Origin: an uncultured Chloroflexia bacterium
GTDB taxonomy: Bacteria > Chloroflexota > Limnocylindria > Limnocylindrales > CSP1-4
NCBI GenBank assembly: GCA_963812745.1
Contig: CAWEWE010000002.1
Span: forward strand, 11,277 to 75,276
Direction: 5' to 3'
DNA length: 64,000 nt
Part shown: positions 9,794 through 19,408 of the stretch, in pieces
Layout: each line of letters opens with the position of its first letter
How positions within the stretch are numbered: the stretch's first letter is position 1
Position numbers and translations under genes: made by a program
Notes under the pieces: model-generated
What the model was told of the DNA's origin: nothing
The model's database searches: none
The model's input: only the letters and a program-made list of their open reading frames with translations

Positions 9794-11149
9794 TACAGGA
9801 CCTCCCCTCGATAGCTGCGGATGACGCGACGCGTCTTGCCCTCACCCGCGATCGCTCCGGGTCGGACGAGCGTCACGCTTGCCGTGAAGTTCAGATCGCG
9901 CTGCAGCCGCGCGACGACCTCGCCTGTCAGGGTGGCGAGTCCATCGGTCGGTACCTCGCCGGCGACCTCGACCGACAGCGGGACCGCGTAGTCGATGGGC
10001 GGCGGCCGATCGAGGTCGACCCGGAACTCGCCGGTGACCCGCGGCGCGAGCGACATGAGCGACGTCTGGATCGCCAATGGAAAGACGTTGACGCCCTTGA
10101 CGATGAACATGTCGTCCGACCGGCCCAGGATCTTGAAGCGGAAGGTCGTCCGACCGCAGCCGCACGGATCCGTGAACACCTGCATGACGTCATGCGAGCG
10201 CATCCGCAGGAGCGGGCTCGCCTCGCGGCGGATCGAGGTGTAGACGACTTCCCCCTGCTGCCCGTCGGTGAACGGCAGGACATCGCCGCTGTCGGGGTCG
10301 ATCAATTCGGCGACGGCGAACCCGGTTCCACCGAAATGCACCCCGTCGAGCCTGTCGCACTCGCCGGAATGGAGACCGAGCTCGCCGGTCCCGTATTGGT
10401 CGCGCGCGACCATGCCCCACAGATCCTCGACCTTCTCGCGGTAACGGGGCACCTGCAGCCCGGCCTCGCCCGAGAAGTACCCCTTCCGCAGCCCGATCGA
10501 TCGGGGCTCGATGCCCATGTCGCGCGCGACATCCGCGAGGCGGACCGCATATGACGGGGTCGCCCAGATGCCGAACGTGTCGGCAAGACCGGCCATCATC
10601 GTCAGCAGCCGCTCGGACTGTCCGACGCCGAACGGGATCGTCGCCGCGCCCAGCGTCTCGAAGGTGAGATGGTCGGACAGGCCGCCCGAATAGAGGTTGT
10701 AGTTCATGCACTCGAACACGACCTCGCCGGGCCGGCAGCCCATGGCCCACAGCGCCCGCGCGCCCATCTCGCCGTAATCCTCGATGTCACGGCGCGTCAG
10801 GCCGATCCGGATGGGTTGCCCGGTCGTGCCACCCGTCGCCTGGATCCGGACGATGCGATCGATCGGCGCGCAACGGTTCACGCCCAGGAGCGTGCCGTCG
10901 GCCTGGGACGCGGCGACCTCGCTCTTCTCCATGAACGGGATGCGGGCGAGGTCCTCGACGTGCCGGATCTCCGCCGGCGTCACCCCCGCATCGTCCAGCT
11001 TGGCCCGGTAATACGGGCTCGTCTTCGTAGTCGTAGGCGATCTGCTCGACGAGCCGCGCATCCTCGAGCCGCCGCACGTCGGACGGCGGAAGTGTCTCGA
11101 TCTCCTCGTTCCAGAACAGCCTGCCGGTCACGCCGACAGCTTCGCGCAT
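9793..11149 (-). pseudogene. Phenylacetate-CoA ligase-like adenylate-forming enzyme (PaaK / coenzyme F390 synthetase family) with an apparent +1 frameshift near 11015-11030
   Basis: The N-terminal 42 aa (MREAVGVTGRLFWNEEIETLPPSDVRRLEDARLVEQIAYDYE) lie in the frame of track ORF 10787..11506. The rest (SPYYRAKLDDAGVTPAEIRHVEDLARIPFMEKSE...) lies in ORF 9793..11061. Span length is 1 mod 3. Confidence 0.75.
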
Positions 11150-11211
11150 CGGCGCCCACCCGCGCACGGCAGCGGATCGCGGTCGGCGGGTTTGCGGCGT
11201 AGGCTGCGGGG

Positions 11212-13744
11212 ATGGCCGTTCCCATGGCCCTCCCACTCGCGAAGGTCCGCGCCGCCGATACCGCCGTAGCCGGCGGCAAGGGCGCCAATCTGGGGGAGCT
11301 GATCGCGGCCGGGTTCGCGGTACCGGACGGGTATGTCCTGACCACGGCCGCGTATCGCGCCGCCGCCCGAGCAGCGCGCGTCGATCCTTCGAAGCCGGGT
11401 GAGGCCGCCCAGCGACTCCGCGACGCGCAGCTCCCGCGGGCGGTGGCCGTCGCTGCGACCAAGGCCTATGCGTCCCTCGGTTCCGGAAACGTCGCCGTCC
11501 GCTCATCGGCGACCGCGGAGGACCTCCCGGGCGCGAGCTTCGCCGGGCAGCAGGACACGTTCCTCGACGTCGAGGGACCTGAGGCGCTCCTGGATGCCGT
11601 CCGCCGATGTTGGGCCTCGCTCTGGAATGAGCGAGCGGTGGCGTACCGGGCCGACCACGGCAACATCGACGACAGCATGGCGCTCGCCGTCGTGGTCCAG
11701 CGCATGGTCGACGCCAACGCCGCCGGGGTGCTGTTCACGGCCGATCCGATCACCGGCCGGCGGCGAACGGTGGTCATCGATGCGGCCCTTGGTCTGGGAG
11801 ACGCCGTCGTGTCCGGCGCGGTCGATCCGGACCACTACGTGGTCGACCCGGGTTCCGGTCGGATCAGCGCGCGGGCGATCCGGCATGACCGTCCCGTCCT
11901 GACCGACGCGTTGATCCGCGAGCTGGCTACCGTGGGCGGGCGCATCGAGGACGCGCTCGGCAGCCCCCAGGACGTGGAATTCGCCGTCGATCGCGACGAT
12001 CGCGTCTGGATCGTCCAGTCACGACCGATCACGACGCTGTATCCGCTGCCTGTCGGCGTCACCCAGGCAAATCGAGTCTATTTCTCGATCAGCGTCGCCC
12101 AGGGGTACTTCGATCCGATCACGCCGATGGGCACCGAGACGTTCCTTGCCATCGGTCGCCGCGTCGGCGCCGCGTTCGCGGATCGGCGAGATCCAGCGGC
12201 CGGCCGCTCGCCTGTGGTCATGGCCGGCGAACGACCGTTCGTCGACCTCACGCCGGTGCTGCGCGATCGCCTTGGGCGGGAGCTCCTGGAGCGCGCGACC
12301 TCGGTCGGTGAGGCGCGGAGTTCGGTCGTCTTCCGGAAGCTCGCGGAGGACTCGCGATTCCGTCCGCGTCGCCGCGTTCCGATCCGGTCCATCGGGCGGG
12401 TGATCCCGCTCCTCCTCCGTTCGCGGATCCCGCTCTACGCCGTCCGGCTCCTCCAGTCGCCCACGCGGGCCCGCGCCCGGACGATCCGAGAGATCGAGCG
12501 CGCCACGCGCATCGAACCGCGGAGCGACATGACCGCCACCGAGCGCCTCGATGCGTTCGAGGAACTCATGCAGCGTGCACTGCCATTCGTCTTCCCGCGC
12601 CTCCTCGGCCTCGTCGTGGCGGGCATGCGTGTCGTACGTCGCGGTCGGCCGGCTCCTCGGCGCTCGCGCGACTCCGGACGAGCTCCTGACCCTGACACGT
12701 GGGCTTCCCCACAACCCGACCACGGAGATGGACCTCGCGCTGTGGGCGTTGTCACGAGAGATCCGTACGGACACGCTGTCGGCCGAGTGGATGGCCGGCC
12801 GGACGCCTGTGGAGCTCGGCGACGCCTACCTGGCGGGCGACGCCCCGCTGGTCGTGCAGGCCGGCCTCGCGCGGTTCCTCGAGCGCTACGGCTTCCGTTC
12901 CGTCGGCGAGATCGACCTCGGCGTCGCGCGCTGGTCGGAGGATCCTACGCATCTCCTCGGCGCGATCTCGAACTACCTCCAGCTCTCCGACGACGCCCTC
13001 GCACCCGACGCGCAGTTCGAGCGCGGCGCCCGGGAGGCGGAGGCGATGGTGGTTGCCCTGCTCGGTCGTGTTCGCGGACCGAGGCGGGTCCTGCTCCGGT
13101 TCTTCCTCGGTCGGGCGCGGGCCCTCATGGGGTCGCGCGAGCTGCCGAAGTTCACGCTCATCCGCCGGATCTTCGCGCCGCTCCGGGAGATGCTCCGACC
13201 AGTCGGTGAGGAGCTCGTCGCGGCCGGTCGCCTGGAGCACCCGGACGACGTCTATTTCCTGAGCATCGCCGAGGCTCGAGCCGCCATCGCAGGCGCGGAC
13301 ATGCGCGCGACCGTCGCCGCGCATCGTGCGACGTTCGTGCGGGAGCAGGCTCGTCGCCGGATCCCACGCGTGCTCCTGTCCGACGGCACGGACGCGGAGG
13401 TCGCCCTGGTCGAGGTGATCGAAGGCGCGTTACGGGGATCGCCGGCGTCGCCGGGGGCGGTCACGGGTAAGGCACGGGTGATCCACTCTCCGCGCGGTGC
13501 ACGTCTGGAACCGGGCGAGATCCTCGTCGCACCTTCGACGGACCCGGGCTGGACGCCGCTCTTCCTCACCGCTGGCGGCCTGGTGATGGAGATGGGCGGG
13601 ATGATGTCGCACGGCGCGGTCGTGGCGCGCGAGTACGGCATCCCTGCGGTCGTTGGCGTCGCGAATGCGACCGAGCGCATCGCCACGGGCGACACGATCA
13701 CGGTCGACGGCTCGTCCGGGGTGGTCTCCGCAGCGGAGGCGTGA
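11212..13744 (+). pseudogene. PEP-utilising three-domain kinase (rifampicin phosphotransferase / PEP synthase-like) with an apparent +1 frameshift near 12621-12650
   Basis: ATP-grasp N-terminus (GGKGANLGEL, SSATAEDLPGASFAGQQDTF) is in ORF 11212..13209. The middle and C-terminal swivel-His domain (GGMMSHGAVVAREYGIPAVVG) are in ORF 12551..13744. Span length is 1 mod 3, about 844 aa in total. Confidence 0.8.
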
Positions 13745-13762
13745 GCTTCGGAACGGGACGGG

Positions 13763-14294
13763 TCAGATCCCGCCGAAGTCGCCGCCGCCGAAATCGCCGC
13801 CACCGAAGTCGCCGCCACCGAAGTCGCCGCCCATATCGCCGCTGGCGACGTCGCCCTCGCCGAATTCGCTGCCCGAGTCGCCTTCGTTCCCGAACCCGGT
13901 CGCCCGAGTCGCCCGTGTCGCCAGCATCGCCGCCTGCGCCTGGGTCGTTGTCGAAGAACGCCTGCGCGGCGGCGGTCCCGATGAAGCTCGCCGCGAGGGT
14001 CGCGAGGAACCAGCCGCCGATGCCGATACCGCCGCCGCCACTGCCCCACACTCGCTCGATCGTGCCCGGTTGGCGGACTTCTGCCCGCGTCGCCGTCCGC
14101 GCCAACGACGCTGGATCGTCGCCGCGGATCTCACCCGGCGGGACGACCTGGGCGAGAGCCGCGAGCGCCTGGCGGCGCTGGTCGGGCGTCAGCCTGGCGA
14201 ACGCCTCCTCGTGCGCACGCTCGATCTCCTCGGGCGGCGCGGTCTGCAGCATGTAGCGGTAGCGGGCGACAGCCTGCTCGTCGGTGCGATCCAT
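13763..14294 (-). pseudogene. Hypothetical protein with one TM segment and an acidic Gly/Asp/Phe repeat tail; apparent +1 frameshift near 13890-13905
   Basis: MDRTDEQAVARYRYML...GIGIGGWFLATLAASFIGTAAAQAFF...DTGDSGD is in one frame (RBS AAGGAGG). GFGNEGDSGSEFGEGDVASGDMGGDFGGGDFGGGDFGGGDFGGI-stop is in the next frame. The uncorrected frame gives an implausible Arg-rich tail. Confidence 0.5.
13772..13831. repeat. 4 x 15-bp tandem repeat encoding (GGDFG)n on the minus strand
   Basis: Units gccgaagtcgccgcc / gccgaaatcgccgcc / accgaagtcgccgcc / accgaagtcgccgcc read directly. Confidence 0.9.
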
Positions 14295-15306
14295 GGCACG
14301 TCCTCCTTGGTCGATCGATCCGGGCGACAGCGGGGTCGAATTCGACGGCCGCTGGCGATGATCCGGTCGAGGGCGAGGCCGCCGGCGCCCAGAGTCCGAT
14401 GGCCGCTGTCTTGGCCGACTCCTGGGCCTGCATCAGGAGGCTTGTGTACTTCTCGTCGGGCGGGTACGTCTTGGCCTGGGCGAACCCGCGTTGAACCAGC
14501 TCGAGGTTCGCGAGCACCCAGTCGCCGTCGGGACCCACGAACCAGACGTGCCGAAGCAGGCGGTCGAACTGATCGGTGTCCGAGACATCCCGCTCCAGGT
14601 ACACCTCGCGGCCTTCGATCAACGCCCGATTGGCCGCCGTCGCCGCATCGGCCCAACCCTTGATCGTCGGATCCGACGCGTCGGGCTCGGGCGCGTCGAT
14701 GCCGATGTAGCGCAGCGGGTACTCCTCCCCGTCGACGTCGACACGGATCGTGTCGCCGTCGGTCACGCTGTTGACGACGGCGAATTGCGTCTCGCTGGTA
14801 GGACCGAATGTCGGCGCAGCCGGCGAGCCGGACGCCGCCCCGGGCGCTACCGAACCGCCCACCAGCGGCGATCCGATGGCCGTGCTCGGTTGCGCCGTGG
14901 ACCCACTCCGCGGGCCGAGCGCATTCGAGATCGCGCTCAGCGCCAACACCCCGGCCAGCACTACGATCGCGACCCGGACGAAGACCCGCTCCCGGGATCT
15001 CGGCCGCTCCGGGGTGACGACTTCGGGTCGCACGGTCGAGACGACGTCGAACATCGACGGCTCCGGCGCGGGTGAGACCGGCAGGGGCGCGACCGGCGCG
15101 GGTGAGACCGGCAGGGGCGCGACCGGCGCGGGCGCGACCGGCGTGGCCGGGGCCGCCGGCAGCGCGACCTGCCCCGGAACGACGCGCGCGACGTCGGGTG
15201 CGGCCCGTGTCAGCTCGTCGAAGTCGAACCCGCACTTGCTGCAGAAGCGGAAGAACCCAGTGCGTTTCGTCCCGCAGGTCGGGCAGAAACGGCCCTCGGT
15301 GGTCAT
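14131..15306 (-). CDS. Zinc-ribbon / TM / thermonuclease (SNase-like) protein
   Basis: N-terminus MTTEGRFCPTCGTKRTGFFRFCSKCGFDF (CxxC..CxxC), Pro/Ala linker, TM (VAIVVLAGVLALSAI). The nuclease domain reads VTDGDTIRVDVDGEEYPLRYIGIDAPE...GLW. The 3' end is uncertain because the ORF runs 164 nt into the next gene. Confidence 0.78.
   Translation of the reverse strand: MTTEGRFCPTCGTKRTGFFRFCSKCGFDFDELTRAAPDVARVVPGQVALPAAPATPVAPAPVAPLPVSPAPVAPLPVSPAPEPSMFDVVSTVRPEVVTPERPRSRERVFVRVAIVVLAGVLALSAISNALGPRSGSTAQPSTAIGSPLVGGSVAPGAASGSPAAPTFGPTSETQFAVVNSVTDGDTIRVDVDGEEYPLRYIGIDAPEPDASDPTIKGWADAATAANRALIEGREVYLERDVSDTDQFDRLLRHVWFVGPDGDWVLANLELVQRGFAQAKTYPPDEKYTSLLMQAQESAKTAAIGLWAPAASPSTGSSPAAVEFDPAVARIDRPRRTCHGSHRRAGCRPLPLHAADRAARGDRACARGGVRQADARPAPPGARGSRPGRPAG
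15071..15130. repeat. Perfect 2 x 30-bp tandem duplication inside the nuclease gene linker
   Basis: ggtgagaccggcaggggcgcgaccggcgcg occurs twice back to back. It encodes the duplicated PVAPLPVSPA. Confidence 0.95.
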
Positions 15307-15422
15307 GCGGCAGCGGTTCGGCGGAGATGCATGCTCGGAACCCCGGGTCGCGACAGTCGGGCGACGAACCCCAATCCTACGGGCTCGGTCCAGACTGCAC
15401 CTCGCAGCGATGGAGGAGATGG

Positions 15423-16352
15423 GTGGAGCTCGGGCTGAACCTGCCGTACGTCGAGGGGTCGATGGACCGGCGGACGCCACGCTGGACCGACATCCTCGGG
15501 ATGGCGCAGACGGCCGAATCGATCGGTTTCGATGCCCTGTGGGTGTCGGATCACGTCGGCTTCGGCGACCCCGAGGGCGAGTGGCGCGGCGCCTGGGAGT
15601 CGTGGACGCTGCTTTCCGCCCTGGCCGCCTCGACCGGGCGCGTCGCGCTGGGCCCGTACGTGCTGGCGGTCCCGCTCAGGAACCCCGCCCTGCTGGCAAA
15701 GATGGCCGAGACGCTGGACGAGGTCAGCGGCGGCCGCCTGATCCTCGGTCTCGGCGCGGGCTGGAACGAGCCCGAGTTCACCAGCTACGGCATCCCCTAC
15801 GAGGATCGGTTCCGGCGGTTCGAGGACGGCCTGCGAGTCATCACCGACATGCTGCGGACCGGTCGATCGACGCTCGACGGGCGAACGATACGAACGCGCT
15901 CGGCGCGGCTCGAGCCCCGCGGACCGAGGCCGAGCGGCCTGCCCGTGATGGTCGGTGCCAACGGACCGCGGATGCTGCGACTGACCGCGGAGCTGGCCGA
16001 CCACTGGAACGGTGGCCTGCGGTCGATCGACGAGGTTCCGGCGCAGCTCGCGGCACTCGACGTGGCGTGCCGCGAGGTCGGTCGAACGACACCCATCACG
16101 AAGTCGATCGAAGTCCTCGTCAGGACCATCCCGACCGACCCGCCGCCAGAACGTCGCGAGATCCGGGGAGACGCCGCGGCGATCACCGCCGAGCTCCGCC
16201 GGTTCGGCGAGCTGGGCATCGACCACTTGCAGGTCCAGCTTCGACCGAACTCCGTCGCGGGCGTCGAGGCGTTCGCGCCAGTGATCGATGTTCTCCGCGG
16301 AGGCCAGGCGACCCCGTCAGTCGAATGGCGATCGGCCGAGGAACCAGGCTAG
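15423..16352 (+). CDS. LLM class (luciferase-like) flavin/F420-dependent oxidoreductase
   Basis: 309 aa from GTG 15423 (RBS GGAGGAG 15412-15418). GFDALWVSDH...LGLGAGWNEPEF...GPRMLRLTAELADHWN is typical of the LLM family. Confidence 0.85.
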   Translation: MELGLNLPYVEGSMDRRTPRWTDILGMAQTAESIGFDALWVSDHVGFGDPEGEWRGAWESWTLLSALAASTGRVALGPYVLAVPLRNPALLAKMAETLDEVSGGRLILGLGAGWNEPEFTSYGIPYEDRFRRFEDGLRVITDMLRTGRSTLDGRTIRTRSARLEPRGPRPSGLPVMVGANGPRMLRLTAELADHWNGGLRSIDEVPAQLAALDVACREVGRTTPITKSIEVLVRTIPTDPPPERREIRGDAAAITAELRRFGELGIDHLQVQLRPNSVAGVEAFAPVIDVLRGGQATPSVEWRSAEEPG

Positions 16353-16595
16353 CGGCAGCCAGGTGATGCCCATGACGGCGAGCCAGCTGAGGGAGCTTGT
16401 GAACGTGTCGCGGCCGGCCCGACGGTATTGGATCCAGGTAGCGCCCAGGGCGACGGCGATGTAGGCGACGATGTCCCAAGGCGACGGCACGATCCCGGTC
16501 ACCAGCAACAGACCCGAGAACACGGCGGTCGCGTAATACGCGAGTCGCCACAGGACGTTGGAGTCGCGAGATGGCGGTGTCGGCGTCGGCGACAT
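16317..16595 (-). CDS. Hypothetical small membrane protein (3 TM)
   Basis: 92-aa hydrophobic ORF, convergent with the LLM gene and overlapping its 3' end by 36 nt. No family recognised. Confidence 0.4.
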   Translation of the reverse strand: MSPTPTPPSRDSNVLWRLAYYATAVFSGLLLVTGIVPSPWDIVAYIAVALGATWIQYRRAGRDTFTSSLSWLAVMGITWLPLAWFLGRSPFD

Positions 16596-16738
16596 CAGCT
16601 CAGTCCCAGGTCACGCCCCGAATCGAACCCGATGCTCGACGGAGGATGACGACTTCCAGGGTCCAGTCCATCGGGCACTCCTCCGTCTGGCGCGTCGCGG
16701 TCGGGCCGATCGTACCGCCGCGGGCCGGGGAGCGGCCG

Positions 16739-17164
16739 TCAGACCGCCGGCTGGTCCAGGGTCACCTCGATCATCGGCGAATAGGCGGCCATCATGTCGG
16801 CGTCCATCCGCGGCCACGAGTGCTCGACCAGCCAACGAGCGACGGTTCGGCGCTCGGCGGGTTCGGTGATGACGCGGGCCGTGCCCGGGAGGTCGGCGGC
16901 CAGCGGACCCTTGAGGTGGACGGTGATCCGCGGATCCGCTTCGAGGTTGTGGATCCACGCGCGGGTGCGGCCGGGCGAGGGCATGCCGCTGATGACGATG
17001 CGGCCGTCCATGTTGTGGAAGACGATCTCGAGGCGCCGCGGACGTCCGCTCCGGCGGCCGGTGGTGGTGATGTCGATCAGGCCACCTCGATCGAGGAGGC
17101 GCTGGATCGCCTGGTGCTTGGGGTCGATGTTCGTGGTCGGACCGGTGTCCGTGGTTGGTTGCAT
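16739..17164 (-). CDS. Deazaflavin (F420H2)-dependent nitroreductase family protein (DDN/PNPOx-like)
   Basis: 141 aa from ATG 17164. LIDITTTGRRSGRPRRLEIVFHNMDGRIVISG...NLEADPRITVHL matches the DDN-family pattern. Confidence 0.8.
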   Translation of the reverse strand: MQPTTDTGPTTNIDPKHQAIQRLLDRGGLIDITTTGRRSGRPRRLEIVFHNMDGRIVISGMPSPGRTRAWIHNLEADPRITVHLKGPLAADLPGTARVITEPAERRTVARWLVEHSWPRMDADMMAAYSPMIEVTLDQPAV

Positions 17165-17280
17165 GTGCAACAACATAGCACGTCGCTTGCGGATTGCAAG
17201 TCTCGATTCCGCGCCGAAGGCTCGCTCGGCGACGGACAATAGGGTCGTAACCAACAGCCCAGGGCATAGAGGAGGAGCGC

Positions 17281-17481
17281 ATGGCGGGCAATGTCGGCGA
17301 TCGCATCGTCATCGAGTCGAACAAGGTCGGGGTCTCCGCTCGTCGCGGTGAGATCGTGGAGGTCATCACGCACGAAGTCCGACCCGAGTACCGCGTGCGC
17401 TGGGACGACGGCCATGAGTCGGGCATCCGGCCGTACGCCGGGACGTTCAGCATCGAGGCCGCGCGCAAGTCACGGCGGTAG
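17281..17481 (+). CDS. DUF1918 domain protein
   Basis: 66 aa. VGDRIVIESNKVGVSARRGEIVEVI...YRVRWDDGHES is the characteristic DUF1918 pattern. RBS GAGGAGGAG upstream. Confidence 0.8.
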   Translation: MAGNVGDRIVIESNKVGVSARRGEIVEVITHEVRPEYRVRWDDGHESGIRPYAGTFSIEAARKSRR

Positions 17482-17484
17482 CCA

Positions 17485-17823
17485 GTGGAGACCGTGACGA
17501 TCGTCCTCAACGTCCGCGAGGATCAGGTGGAGGCCTTCGAGGCCGGCTTCCGCGAGCACGAGCTGCCGGTCTGGAACGATCTCAAGGATCGGGGTCTGTT
17601 GCTGGCGGCGACGCTCAATCGGCTCGACATCTCGTCGCGACCGGTCAAGGGCGCGGTCCAGTACCTCGTGGCGGTGATCTTCTCCTCGGGTGAAGGGCAT
17701 CACGTCCACGACTCGCACGCGGGCTTCGCGGCCTGGAACGAGATCGCCGACACGTACCAGACAGGCGACCCGATGGCATTCGGCGGGGAGACGGTGGTGC
17801 GACTCGGGATCGGTGAGGACTAG
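17485..17823 (+). CDS. Hypothetical protein (possibly a ferredoxin-like/Dabb fold)
   Basis: 112-aa ORF with GTG start 3 nt after the DUF1918 stop. Normal composition. No family recognised. Confidence 0.5.
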   Translation: METVTIVLNVREDQVEAFEAGFREHELPVWNDLKDRGLLLAATLNRLDISSRPVKGAVQYLVAVIFSSGEGHHVHDSHAGFAAWNEIADTYQTGDPMAFGGETVVRLGIGED

Positions 17824-18479
17824 GCCTCCGGCAAGAGTGCACAGGTCAGCGCGTCGGCGAGCCATGCTTCATAGCGCTCGACCGACCAGCCTAGGGTCGT
17901 GACGAGCGAATCGAACACGGCGAGCGAGCAGAGGGTCCACAGGATGTCCCTCCCCTCCTCTACGGCCAGGCCGGTTCGCAACGCTCCCCGTCCTTCGAGC
18001 ATCCCGACGAACCTCGCCTGGCCGATGAGCCGGCTCGACTCGATCTCATCCCAGAGGGCACGCAGCTCCGCGTCCGACCCGGCCGCCGCCGCCAGCGCGC
18101 GAAGCAACGGGCCCGACCGTCGATGGATCCCCGGCTGGGTGGCCGCGTACATCCGGACCTGTCGGCCTGGGTCGGGCTCCTCGATCATGGCCTTGATCGC
18201 GGGTCGTTCCTCGACCGGTGTGTCGGCACGCGTCGAGCCACCCGCCACGGCCGCGTCGATCACCGCCTTGAAGAGGGCGGCCTTGCTGCCGAACGCGCGA
18301 TAGATCGTCTCGACCGCGACGCGCGCATCGGCGGCGATCACCGGCATCGAGACGCCCGCATAGCCGTGCTCGCGGAACAGGGCGCCGGCTGACGCCAGGA
18401 TGTCGCGTCGCGTCTGGGCCGCCTGTTCGGCGCGCCGGGTCGACCGATATGGCCGCCGGGTCTTGACAGTCTCGCTCAT
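17820..18479 (-). CDS. TetR/AcrR family transcriptional regulator
   Basis: N-terminal HTH: TRRDILASAGALFREHGYAGVSMPVIAADARVAVETIYRAFGSKAALF. Confidence 0.9.
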   Translation of the reverse strand: MSETVKTRRPYRSTRRAEQAAQTRRDILASAGALFREHGYAGVSMPVIAADARVAVETIYRAFGSKAALFKAVIDAAVAGGSTRADTPVEERPAIKAMIEEPDPGRQVRMYAATQPGIHRRSGPLLRALAAAAGSDAELRALWDEIESSRLIGQARFVGMLEGRGALRTGLAVEEGRDILWTLCSLAVFDSLVTTLGWSVERYEAWLADALTCALLPEA

Positions 18480-18544
18480 TTCATGAGAATGGTACTGGCA
18501 TCAATATAGGTGCGTCCACTCGATCGTACAGCCGGAGGGATCCG

Positions 18545-18988
18545 ATGACAGCAGACATCAAGGCCGCGGCGCGCCGCACCTTGGAGGAGATCTTGCCCGC
18601 GCTCGACGTCGACGGGCTCGCCGAGGTCACTGACCCGGACGTCGTCCACCACGGCGCGCGGCCCGACGAGCCCGCGGGGATCGAGGGTGTCATCCGGACG
18701 ATGTTGTGGCTTGGCAGTGTCTTCTCCGATCAGCGCTGGGAGATCCAGCACGTGATCGCCGAGGCAGACATGGTCGTCGTCCATGCGACGCATCACGGTC
18801 GCCACACCGGCGATCTCATGGGTCTTCCGCCGACTGGGCGCGAGGTGGCGTACGACTACGTCCACATCCTCCGCTTCCGCGACGGCAAGGCGGTCGAGCA
18901 TTGGTCCGTCCATGATTCGATGACCCTGATGCGTCAGCTCGGTGTCAGCCAGGATCGGCCCGCCGCGCAGCCGGTCGCTGCCGGCTAG
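18545..18988 (+). CDS. Ester cyclase / SnoaL-like (NTF2 fold) protein
   Basis: 147 aa. ...HATHHGRHTGDLMGLPPTGREVAYDYVHILRFRDGKAVEHWSVHD is the typical ester-cyclase C-terminal pattern. Divergent from a TetR gene. Confidence 0.75.
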   Translation: MTADIKAAARRTLEEILPALDVDGLAEVTDPDVVHHGARPDEPAGIEGVIRTMLWLGSVFSDQRWEIQHVIAEADMVVVHATHHGRHTGDLMGLPPTGREVAYDYVHILRFRDGKAVEHWSVHDSMTLMRQLGVSQDRPAAQPVAAG

Positions 18989-19401
18989 GGCTTCCGCGCG
19001 GACGTCCAGGTCGGGTCGGGGCCGGCGAGCCACTCGGTGTCGAACCGTGCGGCCCCATGGATCGCGGTCAATCGCAGCTCGCCGGTGCCGGTGTTGGTGA
19101 ACCCGTGCGCCTCGCCCGGCGGGCTGACGACGACGTTGCCTCCCTCGACCACGACCGTGTCGTCGCCGATGCGGAACGTGGCCTGACCCGACTCGACGAT
19201 GAAGACCTCGCTGTACGGGTGTCGGTGGAGCTTCGGCCCGACACCCGGCCGCGAGTGGACCAGGATCACGCAGAACGGGACGTCGCCATGTTGCGCCCCG
19301 ACGAGTTCGTGCGAATGCTCGCTATGGTCGAGCTCGTCGAACGGGACGATGTGACCCTTCGGTCGGTCGTCGCCTGTCATCGCCGGGATGGTACCCGGCA
19401 A
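18985..19401 (-). CDS. Cupin domain protein
   Basis: HRHPYSEVFIVESGQATF...VVVSPPGEAHGF are the two cupin motifs. Alternative ATG 19380. Confidence 0.8.
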   Translation of the reverse strand: MPGTIPAMTGDDRPKGHIVPFDELDHSEHSHELVGAQHGDVPFCVILVHSRPGVGPKLHRHPYSEVFIVESGQATFRIGDDTVVVEGGNVVVSPPGEAHGFTNTGTGELRLTAIHGAARFDTEWLAGPDPTWTSARKP

Positions 19402-19408
19402 CGTCGTC

